Assembly (NCBI GenBank): GCA_045630385.1 | Contig: JAZQTA010000088.1 | Coordinates: 1-54,545, forward strand | From: Eubacteriales bacterium | GTDB lineage: Bacteria > Bacillota > Clostridia > Oscillospirales > CAG-272 | Length of the DNA stretch: 54,545 nucleotides | Reading direction: 5' to 3' | Shown here: positions 8,872 through 18,838 of the stretch, one piece after another | Layout of the letters: every line of letters starts with the position of its first letter | Position numbering within the stretch: the first letter of the stretch is position 1 | Translations under genes and position numbers: made by a program | The notes under the pieces: generated by a model | What the model was told of the DNA's origin: nothing | The model's input: the letters and a program-made list of their open reading frames with translations, nothing else | The model's database searches: none

Positions 8872-9363
8872 ATGACGAAAATGAACGCAATTGACAGAGT
8901 CAGAGAATATCTTGCGCCCCACGGTCTTCGCGAGGGTGTCATGGAGTTTACGGTATCGAGCGCAACGGTAGCGCTTGCCGCCATTGCTCTCGGCACGGAG
9001 GAGGCGCGTATTGCCAAAACGATCTCCTTTCACACGAAGGAGGGGATCGCCCTGATTGTCATGGCGGGCGATGCCAAGATCGATAACCATAAATACAAGG
9101 CGTATTTTGAAACGAAGGCAAAAATGCTTTCCTTTGAAGAGGTCGAGCCCATGACGGGATTTCCCGTCGGCGGCGTTTGCCCCTTTGCGCCCGCAGATGG
9201 CGTGAGAGTTTTTCTCGATGCATCGCTGAAGCGCTTTGAAACCGTCTTTCCCGCATGCGGAACGCCTGCCAGCGCCATAGAGATCACGCCTGCGCGCTTA
9301 TCCGAGGTTTGCGCCGGCTGTGAGTGGATCGACGTGACCAAGACGGCCGAGGAGAATGGATAA
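8872..9363 (+). CDS. YbaK/EbsC family aminoacyl-tRNA deacylase
   Basis: SSATVALAA, IAKTI, TGFPVGGVCPF, ACG motifs. Confidence 0.88.
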   Translation: MTKMNAIDRVREYLAPHGLREGVMEFTVSSATVALAAIALGTEEARIAKTISFHTKEGIALIVMAGDAKIDNHKYKAYFETKAKMLSFEEVEPMTGFPVGGVCPFAPADGVRVFLDASLKRFETVFPACGTPASAIEITPARLSEVCAGCEWIDVTKTAEENG

Positions 9364-10096
9364 GGCGGCCTTTCTGCGCGCGCAGAGCACCGTCCTTGGA
9401 GAGGGAATCGAAAGAGAGGGGATCGGCACGCTTTCCGAGCGTGCGCTCCATCGCATTCTGAAGCTTGCCGAGGAGCCGTGTGAGGCCTGCCATGAGATCA
9501 AGGTGAAGGGCTCCGTTGCCGATATAAAAAATGCGGATGGGATCGTGGAGATCCAAACGCGCGCGTTTGAGCGTATGCCGCCGAAGCTGAAGAAATTTCT
9601 TCCCGAATATCCCGTAAAGCTTCTTTATCCGATCGCCAAGAAAAAAACGGTGCATTGGATCGATCCGGAAACCAAGGAGATCGCGCCCGGGCGAAAGAGC
9701 CCGAAGACGGGGAAGCCCTCCGACGCGTTCTACGAGCTTTATAAGATCCGCGCGTTCCTTTCGGATAAAAATCTTTCGGTGCATCTCCTTTTTCTCGATA
9801 TGGCGGAATACCGCTACCGCAACGGCTATGGAAAAGAGAAAAAGCGCGGTGCGGCGCGCATCGAGCGCATACCCACGGCTCTGCATGAGCAGATCGTGCT
9901 TTCCTCGCGAGAGGACTACCGTATTTTCCTTCCCGAAACGCTCGGAGAGGAATTTACGGCAAAGCAGTACGCCAAAGCGATCGGGCAGAAGCCGCGCTAC
10001 GCATATCTCGGTCTTCGTATACTCAAGGACTGCTTCGGCCTGATCTCTCACGTGCGCACCGAGGGAAGAGAATACGTCTATAAAGCGGAACTGTAG
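9356..10096 (+). CDS. Conserved hypothetical protein, possible PD-(D/E)XK nuclease fold
   Basis: IGTLSERALH...HEIKVKGSVADI...IVEIQT. Overlaps the ybaK stop. Confidence 0.65.
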   Translation: MDKAAFLRAQSTVLGEGIEREGIGTLSERALHRILKLAEEPCEACHEIKVKGSVADIKNADGIVEIQTRAFERMPPKLKKFLPEYPVKLLYPIAKKKTVHWIDPETKEIAPGRKSPKTGKPSDAFYELYKIRAFLSDKNLSVHLLFLDMAEYRYRNGYGKEKKRGAARIERIPTALHEQIVLSSREDYRIFLPETLGEEFTAKQYAKAIGQKPRYAYLGLRILKDCFGLISHVRTEGREYVYKAEL

Positions 10097-10137
10097 ATAA
10101 AATGTAAAGTGATGTTTGTTTTTTGCATATTTACAGT

Positions 10138-10176
10138 AAAAGAGAGGAGAAATTCTTTTGAATTTCTCTCCTCTTT
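10138..10176. terminator. Bidirectional intrinsic terminator
   Basis: AAAAGAGAGGAGAAATTC-TTTT-GAATTTCTCTCCTCTTT between convergent genes. Confidence 0.65.
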
Positions 10177-10183
10177 GGTTCTT

Positions 10184-11035
10184 TTAAAAAACTTGATTCT
10201 CTCTGTATTTTTTTGGTGCAACACCGATTTTTTTCTTAAAGACCTTTGAGAAAAAGTGATTGTCACTGTAGCCTACGGCCGCTCCGATCTCCTTTATCGG
10301 CAAATTGGTGGCCCTCAGGAGCGAGCAGGCCTGATCAATACGAAGATTTGTGATATACCCGATCGGCGTCTGCCCGGTGAATGCTTTGAAGAGCGTATTG
10401 TAGCGCGAAACACTCAGCCCATCCATTGCGGCAAGCTCGGGAATGCTGATCTGCTCGGCGTAAAAGCTTTTAATATATGCGATAGAGCGTTCAAGCGGCA
10501 TCGGCGCGGATACGGCGCGTCGTGCGCGCGCCAGCGCGATCAATATTTGCTCGACAGCAACTGCGGCAGAGAGGTCGCGGAACTCGTCATCGCGCGTAAA
10601 GGCCGCGAACATATCCGAAAAGCCTTTCAGCGCTTCCTCGGAATGCCCGGCATGAAAAACGCATGGCAGATCCCCAAAGCCGAGTCGGTCTAAAAGTACC
10701 TCGGCGTGCGAGCCTGTAAAGTGTGTGTAATAATAAGAAATTGAGCCGTTCCCCGAAAGGGTATAACGATATTTATATTTTGGGGGAAAGATCACGGCAT
10801 CTCCTGCTCCCACGCGCACGGTCTCCCCCTTTATATCCATACGCAAATGTCCCTCGTTTATATACATCAGGTAATAATCTGCCCGTCCGTGGGGGTTGTA
10901 GGAGGTGAAGGGGTTCGCAATGCTGATAAAGCCTGCGCAATTGATCATATAAGGGTACGCGTCCGATGCGCGGTTGCCCGTATTAAGGCCGTTCATACCC
11001 TTTTCTTCAAAGGCATAGTAGGAAACGGATCTCAC
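10184..11035 (-). CDS. AraC family transcriptional regulator
   Basis: N-terminal cupin-like domain and C-terminal double HTH (IGAAVGYSDNHFFSKVFKKKIGVAP). GTG start at 11035 after AAAGGAG. Confidence 0.9.
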   Translation of the reverse strand: MRSVSYYAFEEKGMNGLNTGNRASDAYPYMINCAGFISIANPFTSYNPHGRADYYLMYINEGHLRMDIKGETVRVGAGDAVIFPPKYKYRYTLSGNGSISYYYTHFTGSHAEVLLDRLGFGDLPCVFHAGHSEEALKGFSDMFAAFTRDDEFRDLSAAVAVEQILIALARARRAVSAPMPLERSIAYIKSFYAEQISIPELAAMDGLSVSRYNTLFKAFTGQTPIGYITNLRIDQACSLLRATNLPIKEIGAAVGYSDNHFFSKVFKKKIGVAPKKYRENQVF

Positions 11036-11085
11036 GGTGTCTCTCCTTTCGGTGAAAAAATACAACGATTAAACAAAATAATCAA

Positions 11086-11133
11086 TTGACTTTACTTGCG
11101 AAATAGTATAACATATAAGCATGAAAGTGTCAA
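11086..11133. promoter_or_regulatory. Overlapping divergent sigma-A promoters (araC on minus, oxidoreductase on plus)
   Basis: Minus: TTGACA-N17-TATACT (11133-11105). Plus candidate: TTGACT-N17-TAACAT (11086-11114). Confidence 0.6.
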
Positions 11134-11176
11134 TGTTTCAATAAAAAAATACACCTAAAAAGGGAGAATATGCAAC

Positions 11177-12442
11177 ATGGAAAAGAAAAAGCTGATACTG
11201 ATCGGCGGCGGCCATCGCGGCAAGGGATATACGCAAATCGGCAAAGACCTTGAAAAATTTGAGCTGATTGCGGTGGCAGAGCCCATAAAGGATCGCCGCG
11301 AATTTATCGCAAGGACACACGGCATTCCCGAAAATATGTGCTTTGAGAGCTGGGAGCCGCTCTTGAAGCTCGGCAAGATCGCGGATGCGGCCATCATCGC
11401 CACGATGGATCGCGATCATTTTGCTCCCACGATGGCGGCCATCGAGGTTGGGTACGATCTGTTGCTTGAAAAGCCCGTATCCCCTGTGCCGGCAGAGTGC
11501 GAGGCGATCGAGGCGGCGGCACGCGAAAAGGGCGTTCAGATCCTCGTTTGCCACGTTTTGCGATACACGCCCTTCTTCCGTGCCCTGAAGGCGCTGATCG
11601 ATTCGGGCAAGGTGGGAAGGATTATGAATATCGAGCATCTGGAGGGCGTTGGAAACGTTCATCAGAGCCATAGCTTCGTCAGGGGCAATTGGGGCAATTC
11701 CGAGCGCGCCTCCTTTATGCTTTTGCAAAAATCCTGCCACGATCTGGATATTCTCCAATGGCTTGTGGGGAAGGATTGTCTGCGCGTGCAGAGCTTTGGC
11801 CATCGCTCCTTCTTTTGCGAGGAAAACGCGCCCGAGGGTGCCACCGTGCGTTGCTTTGACGGCTGTCCTCATATTGATACCTGCGCCTATAGTGCCAAGA
11901 AGCTTTATATCGAGCGCAGAGACGGAAACTGGTTTCGCGGCGCGGCAACGAAGATGCACAGCGAGCCCACGGATGCGCAGGTAATGGAGGCTCTCGCTAC
12001 CACGAATTACGGAAGATGCGTTTTTAAGTGCGATAATGACGTGGTGGATCACCAGATCGTCAATATGGAGTTTGAGGACGGTATTCTCGTTTCCTTTACG
12101 ATGAGCGCCTTCAATCTCGGCGGCAGAAAGATCAAGATTATGGGAACGAAGGGCGAGCTGATCGCAGAGGCGGATAATCCCGTGATCACCTATAACGATC
12201 TCATCACGCAGAAAACCGAAAGCATCAATATCAGCGATGCCGTTGCAAACGATTCGATCCTCTCCGGCCATGGCGGCGGAGACAGTGGCATTATGTCCTC
12301 GCTGTACGATCTTCTTTGCGGCGATGCATCCGCGGCGGATCTCAGCAATATTTCCATTTCCGTCAAAAACCATAAGATCGTATTCGCGGCAGAGAAATCG
12401 CGCCTTGAAAAGCGCGTGGTCGCGATTAGCGAGCTTGGATGA
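11177..12442 (+). CDS. Gfo/Idh/MocA family oxidoreductase
   Basis: LIGGGHRG, LLEKP, CHVLRY, KSCHDLD, GHGGGD. Confidence 0.9.
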   Translation: MEKKKLILIGGGHRGKGYTQIGKDLEKFELIAVAEPIKDRREFIARTHGIPENMCFESWEPLLKLGKIADAAIIATMDRDHFAPTMAAIEVGYDLLLEKPVSPVPAECEAIEAAAREKGVQILVCHVLRYTPFFRALKALIDSGKVGRIMNIEHLEGVGNVHQSHSFVRGNWGNSERASFMLLQKSCHDLDILQWLVGKDCLRVQSFGHRSFFCEENAPEGATVRCFDGCPHIDTCAYSAKKLYIERRDGNWFRGAATKMHSEPTDAQVMEALATTNYGRCVFKCDNDVVDHQIVNMEFEDGILVSFTMSAFNLGGRKIKIMGTKGELIAEADNPVITYNDLITQKTESINISDAVANDSILSGHGGGDSGIMSSLYDLLCGDASAADLSNISISVKNHKIVFAAEKSRLEKRVVAISELG

Positions 12443-12626
12443 GGAAAATGCCTGCTGCCAATGGCTTGAAAGGCGGCTTCTTATGAATAGGGGCCGGCGC
12501 ATTTCGGCGCAAACGAAAATGACTGAAAAATAATGAAAAAGCTTTAAAAAACAATAAATGAGCTAAAAATATGGTATCAAAGGCAAAAATTCTGCGAATT
12601 TCTCCACAAAATAAAAGTCATTTTCT

Positions 12627-12685
12627 ATTCGCGTTTCCCTCCCTCGGCGTATTTTTATACGCCTCTCGGTCGGGAGAACCCGAAT
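12627..12685. repeat. Palindromic intergenic element, copy 4 (short or degenerate)
   Basis: CGTTTCCCTCCCTC-GGCGTAT-TTTT-ATACGCC-TCTCGGTCGGGAGAAC aligns with copy 3 (CGTTTTCCTCCTCTC-GCGGTAG-TTTT-CTACCGC-TTCGGGATGAAGAAC). Confidence 0.6.
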
Positions 12686-12717
12686 TTCCGCTCGAAATCC
12701 CCCTATCCCCTTAACGC

Positions 12718-12763
12718 AAAAGAGGGTAGCTCAAGTTTTTTGAACTTGAGCTACCCTCTTTTT
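12718..12763. terminator. Bidirectional intrinsic terminator
   Basis: Perfect 20-bp stem AAAAGAGGGTAGCTCAAGTT / AACTTGAGCTACCCTCTTTT between convergent genes. Confidence 0.85.
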
Positions 12764-12792
12764 CTATGATATGAAAGAAAAGATAGCAGTGC

Positions 12793-14196
12793 TCACCAGC
12801 GCGTATCCACCTGATATTTTGCAAATCCGCTTTTTCTGTAGTTTCCGCCCGAGGGGGAAATCTTGCGCAAAAGAGCCGCCGTTGCCGTTATTACAGCGGT
12901 GCGATTGATGCCCGAAATATCCTCAAAGCAGCCCTTTGCCGCAATCGAAACGTAAGGAATACCCGTGGAAAGCGTGTGCCAGGTCGTGTGCAAAAGTCCG
13001 AAAAGCGCTTGATCCTTGGCGGTTGCGGTGCAGGCTTGCATCGGAGGCATTCCCGTGTCCCAAGGGCAGAGCATACAGTCAAATCCCGCGCGGGTAAAAA
13101 CTGCCGCTGTTTCCACGGGCGCTTTTTTCGGCTCGTATTGCCAGTCCGCGATCAGAATGCGCTTGGAAATGCGTGAAAGAAGATCGTCGGCCGCCTCCTT
13201 ATTTGGCGCGAGCGTGTAAAGATGCGGCTGATAGCTTTCGTTGGGGGCAAGAAGCATATCGCCCCACATAATGGCGCGCCGTCCCATCGCGGAAAGCTCG
13301 TCCGAAACCTCGTTCAGATAGGAAACGATCAGATCGCGGTTTTCTTTTTTCGTCAGATCAAAATTGTATGCCTCGTCGCATCCGATATGGAAGTATTCAC
13401 CCTCGCCGAAGAGCTCGCAAAGCTCTTTTCTCGCCGCACGAAGAAGGGAGCGCGTTTTCGGATTTTCGATACTCCAGCACCAGCCGTCTGCATCAAAAAG
13501 CGTTTGCAATGCGGGATTCTGATCCAGAACCACGTGTTTGCCGTGGATTACGCGCGAGGCGGTTGCGTGTCCCCAATGGTTCAGCATCGGAATAAGCGAG
13601 AGCCCAAGCTCCCTTGCCTCCGCAAGGATCGGACGAAGATCATCCTTTGAAAACGCCTGCGGCCAAGCAAGCTCCTTTAAGCAATCGTAGCGGAGCATTC
13701 CCCAAAATTCAATGATAAGATGCGTATATTTCAGTGCCGCCGCAAGCCGCACGAAGCGTGCAAGCTCCCAAAGCTCCGTCTCGGGAAAAACGCAGAAATG
13801 CACCATGCGCGTTCGGATCCTCGCGCTTTCGCGAAGCTCGCCGCAGTCCAAAACGGCGTAGGGGCCGCCTTCTCCGTCCTCTGCGCGAATGCGATCGCAA
13901 AGCGTAAAAAAGGCGTGGATCAGATCCCTTTCGGTTTTGCCGGAAAGCGCAAAGCCCTCCGTCGTGATACGAATGGCATAGTCCTCGCCCTCGAGCGCGG
14001 GCGGCACAACGCCGCCGGCGGAAAGCGTCAGATCCTCGGCGCTTTCAAGGATCAGCTCTGCGTAGTGGAAGGTATATCCGAAAAAGAGTGAGGAAAAAAC
14101 CTCCTTTGCAAGGCAGGGGTGTGCCTTCGCTCGGATCGTTTTCGCAAAGCGAAGCTGTCCCTCGCTTTTTTCGAATGCTTCTGTGCTAAATATCAT
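12793..14196 (-). CDS. Glycoside hydrolase family 20-like (beta-N-acetylhexosaminidase-like)
   Basis: EDYAIRIT GH20 domain 2, FHIGCDEA catalytic DE pair, MWGDML. No signal peptide. Confidence 0.8.
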   Translation of the reverse strand: MIFSTEAFEKSEGQLRFAKTIRAKAHPCLAKEVFSSLFFGYTFHYAELILESAEDLTLSAGGVVPPALEGEDYAIRITTEGFALSGKTERDLIHAFFTLCDRIRAEDGEGGPYAVLDCGELRESARIRTRMVHFCVFPETELWELARFVRLAAALKYTHLIIEFWGMLRYDCLKELAWPQAFSKDDLRPILAEARELGLSLIPMLNHWGHATASRVIHGKHVVLDQNPALQTLFDADGWCWSIENPKTRSLLRAARKELCELFGEGEYFHIGCDEAYNFDLTKKENRDLIVSYLNEVSDELSAMGRRAIMWGDMLLAPNESYQPHLYTLAPNKEAADDLLSRISKRILIADWQYEPKKAPVETAAVFTRAGFDCMLCPWDTGMPPMQACTATAKDQALFGLLHTTWHTLSTGIPYVSIAAKGCFEDISGINRTAVITATAALLRKISPSGGNYRKSGFAKYQVDTRW

Positions 14197-14310
14197 ATCG
14201 GTCTCTCCTCTTGTGGTTATGCTTCTATTTTAACGGCATTTTTCCGAAAATAAAACGGATTTTTTGAGCAAAAGGGTGGACTTTTCGGTCAAGCGCACCT
14301 CTCTTTATAT

Positions 14311-16746
14311 TCAGTTAAAAAAATCCTTGATCGCGCCGTAGAGCGCGTCGGCCATGCGCATCGAGCCGAGATCGTTCGGGTGCGAGCCGTCCACGGAGCA
14401 GGCGTCGCGGTCGCTGTCACCAAAGAGCGCCTCTGCCGGCACGTACGCTATGCGCGTATCCCCGAGCGCAAGCGCGCGCTCGTAGGTTTCCTTGATCGTT
14501 CTCTCGCGCGCCTCGCAGGGAGCGTATTCGCATCCGGGCTTATCGTAGAGCAGGATCACGGCGTCGGGATGTGCCCCTCTTATCCTTTCGTAGATTGAAA
14601 AATGCGGGGGAAGCACGCGATCCGGCAGTTCGGCGTACATATTATAGTCAAAGGCGAAAAGCGAGCCGTCAAAGGTATTCACGTAGTCGATCATCGGCGC
14701 CTCCGCGTTTCCGTTGCCCGAAAAGCCGAGATTGACGTAGTCGGCGTTCAAGCGGCGCGCGAGAATGGAAATAAAATCGTTGCCGGGGCGCGTCACGCAT
14801 CCGCCCTGCGTGATGGAGCTTCCGTAAAAGACGAGCGGCTTCTCCACTCTATAAGGCGGTGCTTTCTCGATTTTTGCATTGGGCTCAATGCCGATGGAAA
14901 GCGCCTTCACGCCGCCGTAAAGCGGGAAATATAGGTCGATCACGCGCATTTTATCGGTGGGGATCAGCTTCTTTTTTTGCATAAAGGTGATCGGGCACTT
15001 CAGAGGATCGGCCGTGTTTTCTTTGTTGAATTCCATCACCTGCGGTGCGTATCTTGCCTGAAAATATCCGTCGGCGTAAACGGAGAAGCCGTGGCTTCCC
15101 GTTAAGGACATATGCGGCATCGGAGAAAATGCGGGAATGGTTGCGCGGATCGTAATGGAATTTGAATCAGTCATGAAGCGAATTCTTCCGCCCGCCGTCA
15201 TTTTTCCAAGCGTGGGGATGCGAGTATTCGTCGCCTCGGCAACCTCGTCGGGCACGCGCACGTAGAGCCCGTGCTTCTCGTCAAAATAAACGCCGTGCAG
15301 AGATACCCGTTCATCCTCCGCGCTGATAAAGAGAGCGTTATCCTCCTTTTCGCCCGCAGAGGAAAGCCTTGCGTCGATTTTTGCAATATCCGTTTCGCCC
15401 TTCTTCTCGGTCGGCGCTTCGGCAATCGATTTTAGGAGGCACACCGTGTTGGGAAGAAGTCGGAGCGTTTCTCCGTTTTTCGCCGTGCCGATGCCTTCGC
15501 AGTCTTTTTCGCTATCCAAAAGAAGAACCTCGTATGCATCCGCGCCGTTTTTTAGGTCGAGCGTCAGCTCGCGCACCTCGGTGCAGGCATCGTCGTCGGT
15601 GAAATAGGCTATCATCACCGCAGAGGTATCGCCGTCCCTTGCCGCGGCGGCGTAGATATTCTCGGCATCCGTCTTGCATCTGTAAGCGCTTCCGAGCTTA
15701 TAAAGCTCGTTGAACATTTTGAAGGGATAATAGCCCTTAAGCGGCTCGTTCGTGTAATAATCGAAAAGACCGTTGTAGGCGCTGGGGCGCGCATCGTAAT
15801 ACATCAGCATATCGATCGAGGTATCGTTCTGTCCGCCGCACATATTGGCCGCAGAGAACGCCGCTCCCTTGATCGAGAGAATATGCTTCATGCTGTATAG
15901 GAATTGATCCCAGCCTCGGATGTAATTCCATTCGTCCAGGATGCTCTCCGTATCCGTATAGCCGTGCGCATCGAGCATCTCGCGGATCCATTTGCTTCTT
16001 GCGGCCGCGATCTCGGGCACGGGGCGGTAGCAATGCCAGGAGAAGAAGTCCATCGGCACTTGTTTTCCATCCCTCGTAAGATACTTAAAAAAGCCTTCAA
16101 TCCATCCTTCTCTGTAAGCAGAGGCAGGGCCGCCGATCTTAAGGTGTGGGAAGCACGCCTTAAGATGGGTTGCCGTGATCTCGTAAAGCTCGAAAAACTG
16201 CTGATTCGTGCCGCCCCAGGTGCGCTTGTTCGCGCTATCCTCGGGATCAAGATCCGGCTCGTTCCAGATCTCCCAGTATTCCATATCGTAGGTAAAGCCG
16301 TCTGCCCAGCCCTCGGTATAGTGGCGGATGATATGCTCGCATATCTCGGCCCACTTTTGGAAATCCCTCGGCGGCAGAGTGTTGTATTTTTTTACCTCGT
16401 GCTCGATCTTGCTTCCGAGGCGGTAAAACACTTTAGAGCCGCAGTCCGTGATCTGCTTCATATAGTGGTCGGTAATGGCGAAATCGTAGGATGCGGGATC
16501 GTTTACGTCGGCATCAAAATTAGGGAACACCGCGTGCACGTCCACGGTATGCTCGCCGCCGTAGCCGGCGAAAAAGGACGAATCATGCGTGCGTACGTAG
16601 GGGATTCCGGCTTCTGCCCAAAGGGTATATCCGTTCGTTTTTTGCCCTCCGAAGCCAACGCCCTTGCGAGGGCCGTTGTTCGTCGCGTGCATCGGCTTCA
16701 CTCTGCCGTAGCTTTCGGTAAAATCAACTTTTAGTGTATATGCCAT
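14311..16746 (-). CDS. GH39-like glycoside hydrolase fused to an SGNH/GDSL esterase
   Basis: N-terminal YVRTHD, WEIWNEPD, DFFSWHCY, ILDEWN. C-terminal DLYFPLY, FYGSSITQG, NLGFSGNG, DGSHPND. Confidence 0.8.
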   Translation of the reverse strand: MAYTLKVDFTESYGRVKPMHATNNGPRKGVGFGGQKTNGYTLWAEAGIPYVRTHDSSFFAGYGGEHTVDVHAVFPNFDADVNDPASYDFAITDHYMKQITDCGSKVFYRLGSKIEHEVKKYNTLPPRDFQKWAEICEHIIRHYTEGWADGFTYDMEYWEIWNEPDLDPEDSANKRTWGGTNQQFFELYEITATHLKACFPHLKIGGPASAYREGWIEGFFKYLTRDGKQVPMDFFSWHCYRPVPEIAAARSKWIREMLDAHGYTDTESILDEWNYIRGWDQFLYSMKHILSIKGAAFSAANMCGGQNDTSIDMLMYYDARPSAYNGLFDYYTNEPLKGYYPFKMFNELYKLGSAYRCKTDAENIYAAAARDGDTSAVMIAYFTDDDACTEVRELTLDLKNGADAYEVLLLDSEKDCEGIGTAKNGETLRLLPNTVCLLKSIAEAPTEKKGETDIAKIDARLSSAGEKEDNALFISAEDERVSLHGVYFDEKHGLYVRVPDEVAEATNTRIPTLGKMTAGGRIRFMTDSNSITIRATIPAFSPMPHMSLTGSHGFSVYADGYFQARYAPQVMEFNKENTADPLKCPITFMQKKKLIPTDKMRVIDLYFPLYGGVKALSIGIEPNAKIEKAPPYRVEKPLVFYGSSITQGGCVTRPGNDFISILARRLNADYVNLGFSGNGNAEAPMIDYVNTFDGSLFAFDYNMYAELPDRVLPPHFSIYERIRGAHPDAVILLYDKPGCEYAPCEARERTIKETYERALALGDTRIAYVPAEALFGDSDRDACSVDGSHPNDLGSMRMADALYGAIKDFFN

Positions 16747-16778
16747 CTCGAAGCTCCTCTCAAAACCTTATATAGCCC

Positions 16779-16808
16779 ATTATACCATAGATAGAGCTTT
16801 ATTTTCAA
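16779..16808 (-). promoter_or_regulatory. Sigma-A promoter of the GH39-SGNH gene
   Basis: Minus strand TTGAAA-N18-TATAAT with extended TG. Confidence 0.6.
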
Positions 16809-16835
16809 TACTTATTATAGGAAAAGAGGAAAATA

Positions 16836-16872
16836 AAAAGGACGAAAATGCAAAAATGCACGTTCGTCCTTT
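16836..16872 (-). terminator. Intrinsic terminator of the deacetylase-to-kinase operon
   Basis: AAAAGGACGAA...TTCGTCCTTT inverted repeat, followed by a T-rich tail on the minus strand. Confidence 0.6.
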
Positions 16873-16890
16873 GAAAACGTAAAGCTTTTA

Positions 16891-17856
16891 TCAGATGCTC
16901 TGAAGCGGCATATCCGCGCAAAGCGCCGAAAGCTCTTCAAGGCTTCTCATACCGCTCACGGCGTCTGCCGCGGAGAGCGCGCCGACGGCGGCTCCGGAAG
17001 CGATCTTGAGGATCTCCTTGTCACTCTTGCCGAGATAGATGGCAAGAAGTGCGCCCGCACAGAAGGCGTCACCCGCACCGGTCGTACCCTTGATAAAGCC
17101 CTCGGGGAGCTTGTAAGAGGGGCTCTCGGTATAGGTTCCGTCCTTGGAAAGGCAAACCGAAAGCGCGGGCATGTGAATGATCACGCGCTCGCTGATGCCG
17201 TAGCTCATGATCTTCTCGGCAATTGCCTTGAGATTTTCCCGCTTGGGCTCGATCTCTGCGATCTTGCCCGCCTCGGACTCGTTGATGATCACGTTGTCCG
17301 TGTATTTCAGGCAAGGGATCACGAGCTTGTAGCGGTCGGAGTTCTCGCTTACGAGGTCGATCGAGGTCTTGTTGCCGAGGCTCTTCGCCTTGGCAAGGAT
17401 CTTCTCGCCGTCGCCGTTATCCACCTTGTCAAGAAGGAGGAAATAGCCGAGGTGAAGCATATCGGCCTTAATGGCACCGAAATCGATGTCCGAAAGCCCG
17501 AAGTCTGCGCTTGCGCCGGGGTAGGTGAAGAAGGTTCTCTGGCCACCCACGATGCTCATAACCTCGGTAAAGCTCGTGCGCTCGTTCTGAGCGACGCGGA
17601 TGCCCGTAAGGTCGATCTTGCGGTCACCGAGCTCGTGCAGAAGAAAGGTCTTTTCGTCGTCCTGTCCCACCTTGCCGATCGCATAGATATCGGTTTCGGG
17701 AGAAAGGGTTTTGAGATCGATCGCCACGTTCGGAACGCAGCCGCCCACCGCGCGTTTTACCGCGCGGATCTGGGTCAGCTCGCCAACGGCGGGATAGGAA
17801 CCGATCTCGTTGATTTTATCTACCAGGATGCTTCCTGCAATTGCAATTCCTGCCAT
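16891..17856 (-). CDS. PfkB family carbohydrate kinase
   Basis: VGGCVPNVA, IINESEA, GTTGAGDAFCAG PfkB signature. Confidence 0.9.
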   Translation of the reverse strand: MAGIAIAGSILVDKINEIGSYPAVGELTQIRAVKRAVGGCVPNVAIDLKTLSPETDIYAIGKVGQDDEKTFLLHELGDRKIDLTGIRVAQNERTSFTEVMSIVGGQRTFFTYPGASADFGLSDIDFGAIKADMLHLGYFLLLDKVDNGDGEKILAKAKSLGNKTSIDLVSENSDRYKLVIPCLKYTDNVIINESEAGKIAEIEPKRENLKAIAEKIMSYGISERVIIHMPALSVCLSKDGTYTESPSYKLPEGFIKGTTGAGDAFCAGALLAIYLGKSDKEILKIASGAAVGALSAADAVSGMRSLEELSALCADMPLQSI

Positions 17857-17857
17857 A

Positions 17858-18802
17858 TTAGTTTACGTCGGGGCAGAGAGGACCTGCCAACTCCTCAAGG
17901 AAGAAGAGCTTGCCGGGGATGGTGGGGATGAAGGAGGAGGTGATGAATCTGGTGGGCTTGTAGCGAAGCGTCATCCAGAAGCTCATGCCCTGCCACTGCA
18001 TACCGCGGTTGAAGCAACCGTCAGCGCCGCCGATGGCGTAGTCAGCCTGGAACATAAGGCCGGGGCCCATGGTGTTGGCACGGCAGGGAACCATGCTCGT
18101 ACGGCTTCTGAAGGAGGTAAGAGCGTTCTGCTCGATGGTCAGAGGATGCAGCTTTGCGGCAATTCTGTAGGGCTGCTTCAGCCATTCCTCGTCGGAGGTG
18201 AATTCAGAGCCGAACTGGGGCTCCCAGAAAGCGATGTGGCACATACGGCCGATACCGTAAACGAGAACGAGCTTTGCGCCATCCTTCTTGAGAGCGGCGA
18301 TCTTCTCGGGGTAGGTGGGAAGGTTTTCCTTGGTAGCGAAGTTTCTGTGATCCTTCGGAACGGTCAGCTCGCCAAGGGGATTGTAGAATGCGTTCTCCAT
18401 TGCGCTCTGGAAGGAAGCCTCGCCGGTGATGGTGTTACCCTCGGCATCTGCCCACTCGTCCATGTTGAAGCACCATACGTTCTTGCAGGAAACGTTCCAC
18501 TCCTTGAGGAAGTAAACGGCCCACTTGTACATACCCATAGGTCCAACGGGAAGGATGAAAGCGATCTTCTCGCCTCTCTCGTTTGCCTTCTTGATCTCGT
18601 TTGCGATCTCGTGGCCCATCTTAACGTTGAATTCGTCAAGGCTCTGGCACATTACGGGAGAGAAATCCTTGTTCCAGAAATCCTGTCTGTCAAGAACCTC
18701 GGAGGGCTTGTGAGAGCAGCACTCGTCGATCTTAACGAAATCCCATCCTTCGGGATAGAAGCCTTCGAGAAGGCTGCCTTTAACGGTAGAATTGAAATCC
18801 AT
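17858..18802 (-). CDS. NagB-like sugar-phosphate isomerase/deaminase (divergent)
   Basis: [26 protein letters not shown] resemble NagB (LPTG, FNLDEY, GIG.NGHIAFNEP). Long N-terminal extension. Confidence 0.7.
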   Translation of the reverse strand: MDFNSTVKGSLLEGFYPEGWDFVKIDECCSHKPSEVLDRQDFWNKDFSPVMCQSLDEFNVKMGHEIANEIKKANERGEKIAFILPVGPMGMYKWAVYFLKEWNVSCKNVWCFNMDEWADAEGNTITGEASFQSAMENAFYNPLGELTVPKDHRNFATKENLPTYPEKIAALKKDGAKLVLVYGIGRMCHIAFWEPQFGSEFTSDEEWLKQPYRIAAKLHPLTIEQNALTSFRSRTSMVPCRANTMGPGLMFQADYAIGGADGCFNRGMQWQGMSFWMTLRYKPTRFITSSFIPTIPGKLFFLEELAGPLCPDVN

Positions 18803-18838
18803 GGTAGTTCTCCTTTATGTAAGATTTTAAAATTTATT

